A DNA stretch of 64,000 nucleotides from NCBI RefSeq assembly GCF_009914755.1, contig NC_060932.1, one strand, 5' to 3'. The notes under the pieces are model-generated. The model was given only the letters and a program-made list of their open reading frames with translations. It had not been told where the DNA came from and did not search any database. The position numbers and the translations under genes are program-made. Position 1 is the first letter of the stretch; every line of letters begins with the position of its first letter. Shown piece after piece: positions 19,860-32,851 of this stretch. Source of the stretch: the human T2T-CHM13v2.0 reference genome, Homo sapiens.

Positions 19860-20380
19860 TTGGGGCAGGTAATGCAGAGGACATCTGTTGTCTTCGCCTG
19901 TCGTTTCCATTTTATCTTCAGTTATCAGCTCCCTGATCTTTTCCTTGAAAATCACCCTTCCCTATTCTCAACCCATGTAGTTCAAGTAAGGAAGACTCAA
20001 ATCCAAAGTCTTCCAACCAGAGTTACAGTGATGGGTTTAGAAATGGAAATGTTCTGGCAAAATCAGCATGTACTACAACCCAGGGCAGTCTGACTCAGGA
20101 ATGGAACTTCGGTATCACAGAGAAAAAGGCTCTCAGCGTTCTGGGGTGGCTGAGCTGGTAGAAAGAATAACAGACTGGACCTGCTGGCCACCATCTCTGC
20201 CACCAGCTGGTGTGAGGAAGCCAAAAAATAGCTATGGAGGTGGAAAGAGGAATATTTTCAATTACATCATCTGAGTACCTGGTTCCACCTGTGTGTGAAG
20301 TTAGCCTAAGTTATGTAAGTCAGTCTCTCCATTACTACTTTGCTTGAGCTAATTTAATTTAGGTTTCTGTCCTTTGCAGC
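19860..20380 (+). mobile_element. Old MLT1 (J/K-like) LTR
   Basis: Degenerate MaLR LTR ending ...tgcttgagctaatttaatttaggtttctgtcctttgca. Confidence 0.5.
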
Positions 20381-20752
20381 GGAGATGACATTCTACAAAC
20401 AAAAAGAGCAATGTAAGGGGACAAGGAGATTGTCCTACTGGCAACATCCACTTCTCACCATTTTTATTTGCTCCTTGGAGTCTGAGCTGCCTTTTTGTCC
20501 ACTTAGGGTAGAATCTAAGTGGCTGGTCCAGGCTTAGTTGATCTTGATTCTAAGAGTTTATCACCACAGCTATTGGTACCAAGTACTAGCTCTTGTTTGG
20601 AATCCAGTCTATGAGTTAACAGAGTTGGAAAATGAAGTCAAAGAAGTAGAAGATGTGAAAAACAGGAAGTCAAAGGAAAAGGGGATGTTTAACAGTGTAA
20701 AGTGCTTCCTACAGAATAAATAAGAACTGTAAAAAAAAAATCACCTTATCTT

Positions 20753-21072
20753 GGCCAGGCAGGGTGGCTCATGCCTGTAATCCCAGCACTTTGGGAAGCT
20801 AAGGCAGGTGGATCACATGAAGCCAGGAAGGAGCTCATGACCAGCCTGGCCAACATGGCAAAACCCCATTTCTACTAAAACTACAAAAATTAGCTGGGCA
20901 TGGTAGTGCAGGTCTGTAATCCTAGCTACTTGGGAGGCTGAGGCATGAGAATTGCTTGAGCCCAGGAGGCGAGGTTGTAGTGCGTCGAGATTGTGCCACT
21001 GCACTCCAGCCTGGATGACACAGTGAGACTCTGACTCAAAAAAACAAAAACAAAAACAAAAACAAAAACAAA
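20753..21072 (+). mobile_element. AluS
   Basis: Full dimer with an (aaaaac)n tail. Confidence 0.95.
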
Positions 21073-21399
21073 CCGCTTTATCAATGATGATTAAGAGGCT
21101 GTTTGGCAACTTTGAGGAAATGTTTTCACTAGAGTACTACGGAGCCTTTAGCAGAAATAAAAAATCTGATGTGTGGTAGCAAGTGTATATTTCTCTTTTC
21201 TTTTGGCAAAAAAGGAAATGACAGAGATGGAAAAGTGGCTCAAAGAGAAGTATGAGAAGAAAATGTGTTTTTGCTTGACAGAAATATTTGTACAAGTTTA
21301 TAATCTGAAGGAAGAGGAAGGAAGGAAGAGCTAGGATAATGGATGGAACAAGTTCATCTATGAGGTGAGGTCCAGGGAAACAGTTAAACGGTTCTCCTC

Positions 21400-21552
21400 A
21401 GTCTGGTATTCTCAAACCTGTCTGCACTTAGAATCACCTGGGAGGTTGTAAAAAACGAATAAAAACAATGTCCATGCCTCATTCCAGACAATGTAATAAG
21501 ATTCTCTGTGGGGTGGGACCCAGGCAGAGATGTACTGATGTGCAGCCAAGGA
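21400..21552. mobile_element. MER5-like hAT-Charlie MITE
   Basis: ttctcaaacct...cacttagaatcacctgggag...ggggtgggacccaggca...ctgatgtgcagccaagg. Confidence 0.75.
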
Positions 21553-22532
21553 AAGAGCACTCCTTACACAAACACGTCATTTCCTGGGTCAGTGGGAATG
21601 AATACAGTGTGAGACACTTAGAAACAAAGAGAGCTTAAGACAGATGGCATTGATCTCTTCAATAAAAAAGAAAATACAAGGTCAACTGTTAAGAACAAGT
21701 GGAATAATGGCCAGTTTGGAGCCAAAAAGGACAGCATAAAAGGTTTAGAATGGTCATTAGGTTAAAAAACAAATGTCCGTGGAAATAAATGCCTCTGTAG
21801 TGTTTCTGCTTACGTGCAATTAAGTCATGTAATGAATAGTTCTCAAAATGAAATACAGCTACTGCAACTGGAGAACAATTCAACACCTCATCAAGTCTGC
21901 AAACTTTAAAACTTAAGAACAAGGAAAGTGAAATGGTTACATCAACTTTGGAAAATAAATCACACAGAGGGTAACATTAGCTGTGAGGATTAAACAGTAG
22001 AAATATGTAATATCCACTCAAGCAGTCATTGAAATATAATGCTTTTTTTTCCTTCTAAGGAGTTCTGTGGATGAAATTACACTTCTATGTTACATTTTTA
22101 TGAAGGGCTTTAATGATTCATTTTTTTTCATTTTTGAAAAGACTGTGGGAGTGGGTAGATGGGTACAGAAAATATGAGTTAATTTGTCCAGGTTTAAAAG
22201 GAAGAAAACATAATTCTATAAATTCAACTCAAACTTTTTCAGGGCTTAAGAAAAAAAGAAGAGGACACAGTGTCTGACTGACCATAAAATGCATTTAATC
22301 TATAGAGGGTTTAAAATATAACTGTAGAACATAATGAAAGCCATGAAAAAGATACAAGTGTTATGAAACCACAAAAACAACTCAAAAGACATTGCTTGCA
22401 TCTGTCCAGTTTACCAGATTTTCCTGTGCATGATGATAATTCAGATAGGCCTTGAAATGTGTGGTGTATAAATCAAGGAGAGTGAGGAAGCTGAGACTGC
22501 CAAGTATGCTGTTGTGGGGTCAATTTAAGGAG

Positions 22533-23273
22533 TGTAGGGGCCAAGAAAAATCTTCCCCTCCAACCTCCAATGGTTCACTGAAAATAAACTGACAATGGGC
22601 AGACTAATAGGAGAAAAAGGCCTACAAATTTATTTAACATGCATAAACATAGGGGAATAACAGGAAGACAATTACCCAGTAATGCAATGCGGTTCAGGTA
22701 CTGATTTACCCTTCTTCATAGGGAAGGGGAGATGGGGGAAATGTGGCCATTTTGAGGGGTAGTAAATAATTTTTAGAGGAAATGAAGAAGCCCAAAGAAA
22801 AATGGCCTGGGACAAAGTTCCTCTGAGCTCTAAGGGAGGTAGTGGAAAGGTGAGGGGTGGAAGTTCACTGTGAGCAAAGGTTGTCTTATTGTGGAGATGA
22901 AGTCTCCCAGGTGATTTCTCAAAAGCTGCCTTCAGAAGAAAAGATGAAAAGTCTTGGCATGGTACAAGATTTTTTGCCTCTTCTCTTCTGAGTGCTTAAT
23001 CTTTCCAGATTACTTGATAAGAATCTTGGAAAGGGTGCAGGCAGATCTTAAGACAGACAATTGTATTTCTTTTAGAAAGAAGTTTTCTTAGTCAGATAAG
23101 GGAATTTCGGAAAAAGTCCCTGCCTGCCCTTTGGAGGTTGGGGGACAAACAAGAGAAGATTAGTAAATTTTTGGTTCTGAGGCAGTTTCTAAGCCTTTCT
23201 TATTTCTTTTAATTCGAAGTGCTCAGCATGCCAAAGCACCATACTTTGTGGTATCACTCTTTGCTCCCCAACA
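22533..23273 (-). mobile_element. ERV1 MER4-group solo LTR (MER39/LTR48/MER31 clade)
   Basis: TG...CA termini; perfect 4-bp TSD GGAG at 22529-22532 and 23274-23277. Confidence 0.85.
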
Positions 23274-23744
23274 GGAGAAACTAGAATGTCATGTCATGGA
23301 CTCTGTAAGCAACAGGGAGCCATGAAGACAGGCGAGCAGTGAAGCCATGAGATTGGAATTGTTACACTTGCAGGAATACTAATTGTGAGGCTATTGCAAT
23401 GTTTGGGTGAGAGATGAAAAAGAGTTAAACTAGGGTAGAGGACTGGGAAAAAAAATCCTTGTGAATGACTGCAAGAGGCATTGCAGCTATAAAATGAGTG
23501 AATGATTGGATATGGATAAGAAAGAATCACCATGGAGTCATGGGTGATTCTGTGGTTTGAATGAATGTTTACATTGTTCCAATTTTCATTATCATAATAA
23601 TATTTACTCATTTTTTTAAAAATTAGAAAATATAGGGAAGTATATTTTAAAAAAGAAAGAACAAATCACCTGCAATGCTATTATCCAGAGATAATCACCA
23701 TATTGTATTTTCTTAGTTTTTTTCTATGCACATTTCTTTTTAAT

Positions 23745-24810
23745 TTTTTTAACTTTTTATTGACGTATAATAGATATACAGAAAAGTGAACAAATCCTAA
23801 GTGTACAGCTCAATGAATTGTTATGAAATGAATACAACTGTGTAATTACCACTTAGATTAAGAAATAGAATATTAACAGCATTTCAGAAGTCCCTCTACC
23901 CCCTCTCCCTAAGCACCCTACCAATCAACACACCTCTTCTACTTCAAAAGTAACCACTACTTGGACTTGTAACATTTGTGTGTTTTTTATATAAATGGGT
24001 TCAGAATATTATCATTAAATTTTTGTCTTCTTTTACCCAGTATTATTGACATAAAATTATCAATGGCTTTGTGTGTACTTGTAGTTTATTTTTCTTGCCA
24101 TACTATTCCATTAGAAGTATGAATATAGCATAATTTATTCCTCCATTCTACTACTGATGAACATTTGAGTTGTTGCCAATCTGTGGCTATTAGGAATAAT
24201 GCTATCTGTTCCTCTGCAAGTCTGTTGGAGCACAACTACATTCATTTCTCTAAATATAAACTAGAAGTAAAATTGCTGGTCATAGGGTATTTTTCACCTT
24301 CAGTACACACTAACAGTTTTTCAGGGTGGTTGTAACACCTAAACTCCCACCAGGATATAAGAGCTTTCCATAACCTCCGTTCCATAACCTCATCAATACC
24401 CGGGCATGTCAGCCTTCTTAATATTTGCTACACTGTGAATTCTCTAGTGGTATTTATAGTGGTTTTAATTATCATTTTATGTATTTCTAATAAAGTAAAG
24501 CATTTTTAATAAATTTAATGGCCATTATGTTATTCTCCTTTGTGAAGTTTCTGTTCACATCTCTTGCCCATTTTTTCATTAGGCTGTCTCTTACTTATTG
24601 GTTTGCAGGGAATCTTTATATATTTTGAATATGAGCACATTACCAATTCCACCTGCTGCAAAAATTTTCTTTCACTCTGCAGCTTGCCTTTTTATTCTTT
24701 TCATGCTGTCCTTTGAAGAAGAAAGTTTCTTGATTTTAAATACTGTCCAACATGTTGATCTTTTCCTTTATGTTAAACATTTTTTGGCTCTTGCTTAAGA
24801 AATCTTTCCC
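23745..24810 (-). mobile_element. L1MD/L1ME 3' region
   Basis: tttttattgacgtataatagatatacagaaaagtgaacaaatcctaagtgtacagctcaatgaatt followed by degenerate antisense ORF2 end. Confidence 0.8.
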
Positions 24811-26029
24811 CAGCCAAAGGTTAAATTAGATTGTTCTAGCAAACTCTGATGCTCTGAAGAATCAAATCACTGCTCTCATTGATTAGTGATGCCTCTGGCA
24901 AATGATCCCAAGCTAGTAGGTTCGGCTTTAACCAAATGTCAAAAAAATGCATTAGTGCTATAGCTTAGTGTTCAGTATTTTAAGTAATAATCAAATCTAA
25001 GAAAAAAATTCCAAATAAATCTGGGAGTAAAAAATATATATCAAGATATAAATTTAGTTATATTAAGAACATAGAAAGGACAAAGATAAAGCAAGCAAAT
25101 AAACGAAACGGTGAAAGAAGCACCACAGGAGAAATTTATCCTGAAAACATGATCCTCTGAATTTGAATTTGAACTCAGGAAGAAAAAACAGTAAGTTTTT
25201 TATGTGTTTTTTTTTTCCCCTTCTTGAGTTAATATTGAGTCATTACTAAAGTGGTGTATGTCTCCAAGTATTTTTTTTTCTGAATTCTATTTTCTTAATG
25301 CCTTTCACCTTTGAGGATGTCTTTCAATTGCCTTGACACATCACATGACTAAATGATAATATTATTGGATCACTATTGTTTCTCCCCAAACTCTATAGAT
25401 AGCCCTATTTTTAACATGCTAACTGTTGCAAAGTTGTCCGAAGTTAGTGTGATGTTTTTTTCATTTACTCTAAGTTTTTTTTTTTTTCTGGATGTTTACA
25501 GGGTTTTCTATTTGACATTATCATTGAAAAAGTCCACCACACTGTGACTCTACATGAGTCATTTTTGGTTGATTTTTGCCTAGAACATAGTGAACACACT
25601 TCTGATCTATATACCAAATTACTTTATTCAAATCCGGAACATTTTCTTCAACAAAGCCCTAATTATTCCTGCTTTCCGTTTAGTTTGGCCTTTTCATCCT
25701 AAATACTCATAGTTCTTTGGCTGATCCTCTGTTATCTATGCTCTTTACTTATCATCATTTCTCTGATGATTTCAATTTTTGTGTCTTTTTGTTCTGTGTT
25801 CTGGTCTCCAGGTATGCGCTTAACATCGACTCAAAGGTTCTCCAGTGTTAAGTTTGTATTCTTGCCTCCATTGAGGGCTTTAATTCTGCTACACCTTTTT
25901 ATATTTCTTTACAACCCTAGAAAAAATCTTACTAATCTTATATTTTGTCTCATCTTATTGTTTTTTGTCTTAGCCTGATATCTGTTTCACAATGGCTATA
26001 TATAAAATATATAAAAATTAAAAAATATA

Positions 26030-26737
26030 TTTTTTAGTTTTTATTTTTAAATTTCCATAGGCTCTTGAGGAACACGTTGTGTTTGGTTACATGAGTAACT
26101 TCTTCAGTTGATGATTTGTGAGATTTTGGTGCACCCATCACCTGAGCAGTATATGGTGCACCGTATTTGTAGTCTTTCATCCTTCAGCCCCTTCCCACCC
26201 TTTCCCCTGAGTCCCAAAAGTCCATTGTGTCATTCTTATGCCTTTGCATCTTCATAGCTTAGCTCCACGTATGAGTGAGATCATATGATGTTTGGTTTTC
26301 CATTCCTGAGTTACTTCACTTAAAATAATAATCTCTAATCCCATTTATGTCACTGTGAATGCCACTAATTCATTCCTTTTTATGGCTGAGTAGTATTCCA
26401 TCATATATATATATATATATATATGCCACAATTTCTTCATCCACTCATTGATTGATGGGCATTTGGGTTGGTTCCACGTTTTTGCAACTGTGAATTGTAC
26501 TGCTATAAACATGTGTGCAAGTATCTTTTTCGTATAATGACTTATTTTCCTCTGGGTAGATACCCAGTAGTGGGATTGCTGGATCAAATGGTAGATCTAC
26601 TTTTAGTTCTTTAGGGAATCTCCACACTGTTTTTCATAGTGGTTGTACTAGTTTACATTCCCCCCAGCATTGTAGAAGTGTTCCCTATTCATCACATCCA
26701 TGCCAAAAACTATTATTTTTTTATTTTTTTTATTCTG
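26030..26737 (-). mobile_element. L1PB 3' end
   Basis: ggttacatgagtaacttcttcagt...gagattttggtgcacccatcacctgagcagta; ORF2 C-terminal peptide in ORF 26445-26627. Confidence 0.9.
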
Positions 26738-27109
26738 GCCACAATGTCCATACATTTTTATGTTCCATTAAAGATGCCAAATAGTTTCCATGAGTTTCTT
26801 TTGGTTCTTGTAGTCAATCATTTTAAGAGACTCATTATTTGTCAGAGTTTTCAAGATGCTCCTTCCCTTCCTTGTCCTGACTACCTTTTCATAAACTCCG
26901 TGTTGTTCTTTTCCCTCGTTGTTCTCATCCTTGAACAAGGAGAGACTTTTCTCCTTCTTCAAAAGTTTCAAGAGTTATAATTGAATAGAACACAACTGTC
27001 TGACCTTATAAATCTAAAGAGTTATGGTTTCAGGCCAGTAATAGAGGGAGCTCGTGCAAAATAATTTAGGCTCTTACACACAATAAAATTTTCCACCAGA
27101 GTATCATTA

Positions 27110-27310
27110 CAACTAACTTGTGCATAAGGCATTGGAAATGTAAAAAGCTCTTTAAATATTTATTTAATTGCATCTTCAACAAGTCTGTGAGGTACAGATT
27201 AGCATTGGAATTTGATGAACAAGAGAACGAGCTCAAGGATATTTTGTGATTTGCTTAAGATTACACAGCCAGCAAGCCCTAGAACGAGGATTCAAACCCA
27301 GCTCTTGGGA
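27110..27310 (-). mobile_element. MIR
   Basis: catcttcaacaagtctgtgaggta...gatttgcttaagattacacagc...ggattcaaacccag. Confidence 0.7.
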
Positions 27311-29681
27311 GTCCCCCAAACCCTTATCCTTTTGCATGGGATAAAGATATTCCCTTTTATATGAGATTTGCAAATTTTATAATTTTAATAAGAATAGCTT
27401 ATTTTAAAAATCACAGGTGGGGAGAAAGCCAGGTCATTAAGATCATGAGCCCATAACCTAGGCACTTTCTCATGATGGTTACCTGAACAATGATCTCAGT
27501 GACTGTAAGGCAACTCGCAGAGCAGCAGCCCTGCAAACCCAAACAAGACAAAGACAGAAGGTTGCTGTCATAAAAATCAACCATTTAAATGGATCAGGGT
27601 TAAGAAGTCATTCTTCATCTTGCAGGTTTGGGGTCATCAGACATGCTCACTTCACACTCCCAACAGTCTCCCAAAGTATCTGATCAAGCAAAACTAAGAT
27701 AGCAAATAAATAGATTTACAATCCTGGAGTCTGTTTGACAGAAACAGTGAACACACAGGAGAATGAGGCGGTGATATTTTCTAACAGTCCTCACAGATTC
27801 CTCCAGAATCCTCTCACTGGCCATCCGCCTCCCATCCTGTGCTGTATCTGAATGCCCCTGAACCAGGCAAAACGTGCCTTACAGTCTAAGCAGACCAGGC
27901 TGCACCATCACAGCCAGCTCCTCCCTGGATTTGCTCTCATGCTTGCTGTACCATCTCCCTCTTCTCCAGCCATTTTCTACCTTTCTGATTTGTTTGAAAA
28001 CAATGAGATTGATTTTAGTAAATAATATTCCTTTACATTTGTCAAGTGTTCCACTGTTTACATAATGCTTTCACGCACGTAATTCTCTGGGGACGTGGGT
28101 ACATTCCTTTGGACATTAAAGAAAACTTGCTGACAATCAGAAATTGTGTGTTTAGAAAGAATGACATTATATGGTGGTGGTCAAATATTATTGGAAACAA
28201 ACAAACAAAAGACAACTCCTTAACCATGACCTCATCGGTACCAGAGCTGTCTATCAGTCTTTACCTATCCTCCCAGCAGACATATTCTGCTTTTTAACAA
28301 CAACAAATGGGAAAAGGCTGAGATGATGTTTATTTGAAATTCCTTCCAGTAGAAAGCCAAGAAGATGAAAAAGATTAATTTACACCTGAATTTTAATTTT
28401 TTTCTTGATGTCCAATGTCTGAACCTGTTTGTTGAGCAAATCTGCAATATTTTGCTCACCCCAATAGGATACATATAAGACAAGAATTGATTTCTTAAAC
28501 AAATACAAATCCAGAAAATAATCAGATTGCTCCTTTCTTCACAGAAAAGAAGAAAAACCCAAAGGCTCATGATGTCTAAAGTGATGCTGCTCTTCCCATT
28601 AGGTACAAACTTTTCATTTCTGTGTTCATTTACAACATTAAAATTATTACAGGTCAGTTTCAATATATAACAAAAAATATACCAGAATATTTAATATATG
28701 TCATCCCTGGTACATACAATACAAATTTTAGGGTGATGACAATTAGAAATTGTTTATCTAATGTTATTATAAACATTTCTAATGTTTCTAATGTTATAAC
28801 AATTCCATAGTTATAAGAACATAAGTTTCCAAGTTCTGTGTTACTGATTATTTTTCTTTAAATTCATATCCAACTGACTTCCAGTCTCTCCTACCACTTA
28901 TACATCAAAAGTATCTGATATTAACACACTGAATTATTTGTAGCTTCCCACATGTTCAAGAAGGTAGTAGAAAATAGGATGTTTCCTCCAGGTGGTAATT
29001 TCAAACAACAGAATTTCAACATACAAATGGTTGGGCTCTGACATTATAGAAGTTTCATTTCCAGGCAACATAGCCTCAGCCATAATATTTCACCCACAGT
29101 CCCAGCAGGGTCAGAGTGGAGCACTGGGTGTCTGGGTGAAGAGAAGAGTCTCTCCTAAGGGGTGGCTGTAAAGGGGTTTCAGCACAGGAACGGGTTAGAC
29201 TAGCCAATGGCCAACACTGAAAATTGCCTTCAGTCCTGAGATTGTGATTCCAAGGACAGTGACGGAAGTGCCCTCACCACATGTTGGATGTCTACTGGCT
29301 TCTCCGATGCCTTCCTCTCATTCCTCTCAGGAATTTCCTAGAGTGAAGTAGAAGGCACAGAGTTGAAGATTCCTTAGCTCCTCGCCTGAGCTTCTAGGGG
29401 AGGAGAAGAATGAACAAAATGGCATTTATTTCTGTGCTTCTATAGGTATAGAAGGGATCTTGGAAGAGGCTCATGGAAGAAGGAAATCGAGGATGAGTGG
29501 TAGGAGCACTGGGTGATTTTGAAATGGCAAAATGAAGAGCTGGGTCTTATATAACGAGAAACCAAAATAAGCATGTGAATCACAGGAAATGGAAAAGTTC
29601 GTGTCTGTGGGAGCGCTCTGCCAGGCATTGCTCCCATGCAGGTTTAGAGGCATGCTGGAGTGGAGCAGTTCCTCCTCATTG

Positions 29682-29860
29682 TCATCATCATCATCATCAT
29701 CATGGTGAACGCTGACATGCACTGAGCATTTGCTGCGTGCCACCTTTCCCATCATGATTTCACAGTCACCATAAGTAATGTTATGTCCTGTGCCCAATTC
29801 ACACAAGAAGTGGTGGGGCAGGAATTCAGCGCAGGTGTGTCTAATTCCAGAACTGACACT
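29682..29860 (-). mobile_element. MIR preceded by a (CAT)n repeat
   Basis: (cat)7, then cactgagcatttgctgcgtgcc...gcaggaattcagcgcaggtgtgtctaattccaga. Confidence 0.6.
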
Positions 29861-30078
29861 AATAACTGGCCGTGCTTGGTCGTGCTCCATCCTTTGCCAG
29901 AGGTACCCTTCCCCCAGGCTCCAAGCCAACACATCCCCCACAGTCCCTGAATATACACCTCTTCTCACCATACTTGTCACAATTCCAGAATAGGGACTGT
30001 GGTCTCAGTACTTCTGTATCCCCACCGATAAGAAAAGTCTGGGAAGTGTTCAGTAACTATGTGAATGGAATTCAATTG

Positions 30079-30441
30079 TGATATGGTTTGGCTGGGTCCC
30101 CACCCAAATTTCATCTTGAATTGTACTCCCATAATTCCCATGTGTTGTGGAAGAAACCCGGTGGGAGATAATTGAATCATGAGGGGGGTTTCCCCAACAC
30201 TGTTCTCATGGTAGTGAATAAGTCTCACAAGATCTGATGGTTTAATAAGGAGTTTCCCCCTTCACTTGGCTCTCATTTTCTCTCTGGTCTGCCACCACGT
30301 AAGACGTGCCTTTCACCTTTTGCCATGGTTGTGAGGCCTCTCCAGCCACATGGAACTGTGAGTCAATTAAACCTCTTTTTCCTTCTAAACTACACAGTCT
30401 CAGGTATGTCTTTATCTGCAGTATGAAAACAATCTAATACA
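30079..30441 (+). mobile_element. THE1 (B/C) MaLR solo LTR
   Basis: tgatatggtttggctg...ctaataca; 5-bp TSD aattg/aatag. Confidence 0.93.
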
Positions 30442-30684
30442 AATAGAGAGGAAGAATTAGAAACGATCTAGGAGACTGCCAGGACCAGGGCATAGGGATG
30501 GAGGGGGAAATATAAATGTCAGAAGGGGGAAGCAAGGCTGCTGCATACAAGCAAGCAAATCAGTGATTTTAAAATGTTGATTCTCACAGATAGAAACAGA
30601 CTAAAAAAAATGAAAGCCCGTTTAGCAAAGAAGAAATACCATGGTTCTTCCGAACACTGCATATCCATTTCTCCTTTTGTTGTT

Positions 30685-30812
30685 GTTAATTTTTACTTTT
30701 AATTGCAAATTGACAAATTGTAGTTATATATATTAAAGGAGTACAAAGTGATGTTATGATTTATGAATAAAATGTAAATAATTACATCAAACTAATTGCA
30801 TATCCATCACTT
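30685..30812 (-). mobile_element. L1MA 3' terminal fragment
   Basis: ttgacaaattgtagttatatat...gtacaaagtgatgtt...catatccatcac. Confidence 0.65.
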
Positions 30813-31142
30813 TTTCAGAGAGCCACTGTGGAAGATGATATTCATAGTTGCATCTGCCTATTTAATGCTATTCTCATTAACAGCAAATTTCAAGATCTAT
30901 TTCAAATTGGTTTTGAAATTGCATACTTCTGAAAGACGGATTAATAATAAGACTAATTTTATATCTGCCCGGCTGCTTGAGATGGAATCTCTAAGATCCT
31001 GTGAGGAGAAAACTCACAAGCTCACTGGAGGTGAGAATCATGTTCCTTGACTGACAGCATCTCTTCTTTGTCTAATGTGCTTCCAGGGCCATGGTCCTTC
31101 TGTTTTGATGACCTTTCAGTACTACTCTTGAAAATACCAGAT

Positions 31143-31717
31143 GGCCTCACATCTATCAGAATGGCTATCATCAAGAAACAAAGGAAAGCAAGCGTTGGGG
31201 AAGACGTGGGTAAATTGAAACCCTGTACCCTGTAAGTAGGAATGTAGGATGGTGCAGCCACTATGGCAAACAGTATTTAGGTTTCCAAAACATTAAAATT
31301 AGAATGGCCATATGTTCCAGAAATCCCATTTCTGGGTGTATATCTCCAGAAGAATAGAAATCATGATCTCCAAAAAAAATCTGCACCCCCATGTTCATTG
31401 TAGCATTATTCACAATAACCAAGACATAGAAACAACCTCAATGTCCGTCAACAGATGACTGCATAAAGAAAATGTGATATATATATATGTGTGTGTGTGT
31501 ATACATGTAATAGATGTGTAACATATACACACATGTATTACATATATATACACACCCATACATGCACAACAGAATATTATCCAGCTTTTTGAAAAGAAAG
31601 AAATCCCGCCACTTGTGACAACACAGCTGAACCTGAGGATATGGTGCTAAGTGAAAGAAGCCAGTCACAGAAAAACACTGCATGATTCCACCCACAGAAA
31701 GTATCTAAAATAGTCAA
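31143..31717 (+). mobile_element. L1MA ORF2 end/3'UTR
   Basis: cctcacatctatcagaatggctatcatcaag...ctaagtgaaagaagccagtcacagaaa...gtatctaaaatagtcaaa. Confidence 0.85.
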
Positions 31718-32417
31718 AAAGAAAACTTCAGGTCAATATCCTTGACAAAAATAGACACAAAAATCCTCACCAAAATACTAGCAAACTGAATCCAGCAGCA
31801 CATCAAAAAACTAATCTATTACGATCAAGTAGGCTTTATTCTTGGGACAAAAGGTTGGTTTAACATACACAAACCAAAAAATGTGATTCACCTCATAAAC
31901 AGAACTCAAAACAAAAACCACATGATCATCTCAATAGATGCAAAAAAGGCTTCTAATAAAATTCAACATCTCTTCATGTTAAAAACACTCAGCAAACTAG
32001 GCATAGAAGGTACATACCTTAAAATAATATGAACCATCTATGACAAATCCACAGCCAACATCATACTGACTGGGCAAAATCCAAAAGCATTCCCCTTGAG
32101 AACTGGAACAAGACAAAGATGCAATATAAGTCTTGGTTGCAGTTTTAAATAAACCTAGATTAAATAACCCCTCATTCTATCCTATTTTCTTTCTCTATAT
32201 ATAATAAATATGCATATAAATAGCTACATGTATATGCTTGTTAATATACATATGTATATGTGTATCACACACACAAAGTATGCCACTGTCACCACTCCTA
32301 TTCAACATAGTACTGGACGTTTTGGCCAAAGCAATCAGGCAAGGGAAAAAAAATAAAAGGCATCCAAATAGGATTCTATACCTAGAAAACCTCATAGTCT
32401 CTGCCCAAAGCTTCCTA
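31718..32417 (+). mobile_element. Internal L1P ORF2 (RT) fragment with a 157-bp interruption
   Basis: aaaagaaaacttcaggtcaatatcc...ggaacaagacaaagatgc, insert 32123-32279, then ccactgtcaccactcctattcaacatagt ([11 protein letters not shown]). Confidence 0.88.
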
Positions 32418-32851
32418 GAGAGAAGAGAGAGAAGAGAGGGAGGAGAGAGGGGAGAGAGAGGAGGAGAGGAGAAGAGAGCAGAGGGGAGGGGAGGGGAGAG
32501 AGGAGTGAGAGAGAGGAGAGAGGAGAGGAGAGGAGACAGGAAAGGAGAGAGAGGAGAGAGAGAAGAGAGAGGGGAGAGAGGGAAGAGAGACTGGAGAGAG
32601 AGAAGAAAAGGAGAGGAGAGGGGAGGGGAGGGGAGAGGAGGGGAGGGAGGAGAGAGGAGAAGAGAGAGAAGAGGAGAGAGAGGAGAGGGGAGGGGAGGTG
32701 AGAGGAGGAGAGGGGAGGGAGGAGAGAGGAGAAGAGAGAGGAGAGGAGAGAGAGGAGAGGAGAGAGAGAAGGGAGAGAGACTAGAGAGAGAGAGGAGAGA
32801 CAGCAGGAGAGGAGAGAGGAGAAGAGAAAGAGAGAGAGAGAGGGGAGAGAG
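32418..32851 (+). repeat. Polypurine GA-rich low-complexity tract (~430 bp)
   Basis: Almost exclusively G and A; gagag/ggaga/gggga units. Confidence 0.95.

Noticed and set aside
25180-25196. Strong donor-like aaca|gtaagt
   Set aside because: Isolated, with no convincing upstream acceptor in an A-rich context.
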